This document shows positions 62,078 to 64,000 of a DNA stretch of 64,000 nucleotides, piece by piece. Where the stretch lies: the NCBI GenBank assembly GCA_026418625.1, contig JAOABA010000015.1, positions 11,017-75,016 on the forward strand, read 5' to 3'. How positions within the stretch are numbered: position 1 is the stretch's first letter; every line of letters starts with the position of its first letter. Under the pieces are notes generated by a model. That model saw only the letters and a list, made by a program, of their open reading frames with translations, did not search any database and was not told the DNA's origin. This DNA is from Candidatus Kapaibacterium sp. (GTDB taxonomy: Bacteria > Bacteroidota > Ignavibacteria > Kapaibacteriales > UBA2268). Made by a program: the position numbers and the translations under genes.

Positions 62078-62109
62078 CCCCTACTGTTACAAGTGGCAAA
62101 CGTTAGGGG
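62078..62109 (+). other. GC-rich hairpin in the intergenic region between the two candidate nuclease genes.
   Basis: ccccta (62078-62083) pairs with tagggg (62104-62109) around a 20-nt loop. The surrounding 160-nt spacer is noticeably richer in GC than typical intergenic DNA here. Confidence 0.25.
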
Positions 62110-62146
62110 CAACTATCGCACGATACTTTAACAATCAAAATATCGA

Positions 62147-63400
62147 ATGACAAGAAAAGGAAATAGAAGAAACGGACAACCAATTTTAATACGTGACAAT
62201 AAGTCAAACGGTCTTGAACGTATTCCATTGGATGCAAAAACATTTAACGAGGACTGGATACAAAAACTTATTAACAACAACCCAGAAATTTTACCGATTA
62301 ATGAAATTGACTCAGCATTTACTCCAGTAATTTCAATCGGCAGAGAAATTTCAACAACTGCTGGTTACATTGACAATTTATTTATTTCCCCAGAAGGTTA
62401 CTTAACGATTGTAGAAACAAAACTTTGGAGAAATCCTGAAGCAAGACGAGAAGTTGTAGGACAAATTCTTGATTACGCAAAAGAGTTAAACAAATGGAGT
62501 TTTACAGACCTTGACAATGCTGTAAAACTTTACAATCAAACATACAACAAGAATTCTGACGGACTTATAACGACAGTGAAAAAATTCAACGAGCTTGATG
62601 AAGCTGACGAGAGTTATTTCATTGACAACGTGAGCAGAAATTTAAAGCGAGGACGTTTTTTGCTTTTAATCGTTGGTGACGGCATTCGTGAAAGTTTGGA
62701 AGAAATGGTTGAGTATTTGACACAGACACCACAACTTTATTTTACGTTAGCATTAGTTGAGTTACTAGTTTACAAACTCAATCAAGACGATAGTTCACTA
62801 ATTGTTATTCCGCAACTCGTTACGCGGACTAGAGAGATTACGAGAGCAATCGTGAAAATTGAAGGCAGCTATACTGCTGACTTGAAAGTAAGCATTAAAA
62901 CTGACTTAGGAACAGAAAGCACTAAGCAACAAAATCAAAGTTACAAGCGGCTTACTATTACAGCAGAGGACTTTTTTGAACAACTTGCATATAACACAAA
63001 CAAAGAAACAGTTGACTTTGCACAACAAGTAATCAAGGACAGCGAAGAACTTGGACTATACATTGAGTGGAACTCTGGCAGTTTCAGTATTAAACTTCCC
63101 GACCCACAAGGAAGTGGAATAAAAATTGGAATTGTAAACATTGACAGAGGAGGACTTTTTTACTTGGGTTATTCAAGAGGACAGTTTGAGAAATTACAAC
63201 TGCCATTAGAAATCTGTTACAGTTTTGCTGCCGACACAGCTAAACTACTTCCGGGCATTAAACAACGTCCTGACAAACCACACATTTGGAACAAGTATTC
63301 AACCATTGGCGACCTCAAAAAAGTTTATCCTCAATTTATGGAAAGAGTAAAGAAATATATTGATGACATTATCAACGAAGGACAGAAAATCAGCCACTGA
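62147..63400 (+). CDS. Protein with a RecB/Cas4-like PD-(D/E)xK nuclease domain near the N-terminus and a ~280-aa C-terminal region of unknown function.
   Basis: GYIDNLFISPEGYLTIVETKLWRNPEARREVVGQILDYAKE gives D...E-x-K followed by Q-x-x-x-Y, the RecB-family arrangement. Codon usage is atypical for the window. Confidence 0.55.
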   Translation: MTRKGNRRNGQPILIRDNKSNGLERIPLDAKTFNEDWIQKLINNNPEILPINEIDSAFTPVISIGREISTTAGYIDNLFISPEGYLTIVETKLWRNPEARREVVGQILDYAKELNKWSFTDLDNAVKLYNQTYNKNSDGLITTVKKFNELDEADESYFIDNVSRNLKRGRFLLLIVGDGIRESLEEMVEYLTQTPQLYFTLALVELLVYKLNQDDSSLIVIPQLVTRTREITRAIVKIEGSYTADLKVSIKTDLGTESTKQQNQSYKRLTITAEDFFEQLAYNTNKETVDFAQQVIKDSEELGLYIEWNSGSFSIKLPDPQGSGIKIGIVNIDRGGLFYLGYSRGQFEKLQLPLEICYSFAADTAKLLPGIKQRPDKPHIWNKYSTIGDLKKVYPQFMERVKKYIDDIINEGQKISH

Positions 63401-63556
63401 CATATGTTTCACATCAGGTTGGGTAACTTGATTCAAATGATAATTTATTGGTTAATTAAATCGCAGATCTTTTTTTTGACAAATTATGCTAAAAAATCCG
63501 CCACTAAGCCAAGAAGTTAATGGTCAATCAAAATATTAAAACAAATAATCAGCTTT

Positions 63557-64000
63557 ATGCCAAAAATAACATTTATATTTATTATAATTTCGTATTTGAC
63601 GGTTAACTTATTTGGACAACAATGTGATTCTTGTAAAAAGGAATTTGATATCCTATTCGTAATTAAAGAAAAGCCGAAAATCAGCCAAACGGATTTGGAG
63701 AACAGTTGGCAGATTACTCAAAAACTCTATGATCTTGGTTACACTGATTACATTGACAGTGTCGCCAATCGAACTTCATTTGTATCTCATAGTCTGACCA
63801 GAACATTTTCTGATATCTGCATAAAGGCTGGAGGCAATTTAGGCGTTGATTATTATTTAAGCTATTTGCTGTTTACCAATGGTTCGGCTGAGGAAGAACG
63901 TTCCTTTGCTCTTGAGAGATTATTTGTGAAATTTCCGGAAATTGTTCTGGAGAAAATAGGGAATGACTATGATTTACTTAACGATTTAACTTGGGGCTTC
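63557..64000 (+). CDS. Hypothetical secreted or lipoprotein-like protein, 3'-truncated by the window edge and absent from the supplied ORF track.
   Basis: The ATG at 63557 opens a frame that runs to the window end without a stop. Translated by hand: MPKITFIFIIISYLTVNLFGQQCDSCKKEF... with a hydrophobic N-terminus. Confidence 0.4.
   Translation, partial: MPKITFIFIIISYLTVNLFGQQCDSCKKEFDILFVIKEKPKISQTDLENSWQITQKLYDLGYTDYIDSVANRTSFVSHSLTRTFSDICIKAGGNLGVDYYLSYLLFTNGSAEEERSFALERLFVKFPEIVLEKIGNDYDLLNDLTWGF

Noticed and set aside
1-64000. tRNA, rRNA or tmRNA genes.
   Set aside because: No intergenic segment has the GC-rich, cloverleaf-compatible composition. All gaps are strongly AT-rich except 61988-62146, which is too short and non-canonical.

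Overview
This is a low-GC (roughly 32-35%) bacterial chromosomal window that reads as FCB-group (Bacteroidota or Ignavibacteriota-like). The main evidence is three secreted proteins ending in a type IX secretion (T9SS) C-terminal sorting domain: a partial gene at 1-1764, a BNR-propeller/FN3 giant at 34415-37987, and a beta-helix/LamG protein at 48303-51338. Most of the window is housekeeping and envelope genes:
- ftsY, metG, speA, fbp, glgA, a manC-like gene and an rlpA-like gene.
- A kynA-kynU pair for tryptophan breakdown to anthranilate.
- A PduO-type corrinoid adenosyltransferase, a YmdB phosphoesterase, a dCMP deaminase, and GT2/GT9 glycosyltransferases.
- Several metallophosphoesterases and two peptidases (M16, M24).
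- An overlapping pair of cytoplasmic two-component genes: a multi-PAS histidine kinase and a REC-kinase hybrid.
- An AttEFGH-like ABC cluster (ATPase, double-FtsX permease, AttH/CrtC-like lipocalin).
- A four-gene envelope operon with no recognisable family (16669-23688).

Four things stand out:
- A ~245-bp structured repeat family sits in tandem arrays at two loci in opposite orientation, with a degenerate third copy.
- A compositionally foreign two-gene cassette at 61016-63400 encodes a HARE-HTH/PD-(D/E)xK protein and a RecB-like (ExK + QxxxY) nuclease-domain protein. It looks like a candidate uncharacterised defence or restriction-like system.
- A MEMO1-like protein carries an N-terminal PqqD/RRE-like extension.
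- The envelope operon ends in a vWA-OmpA protein.

No rRNA, tRNA, CRISPR array, transposase or integrase was found. Every functional call comes from reading motifs by eye and carries that uncertainty.
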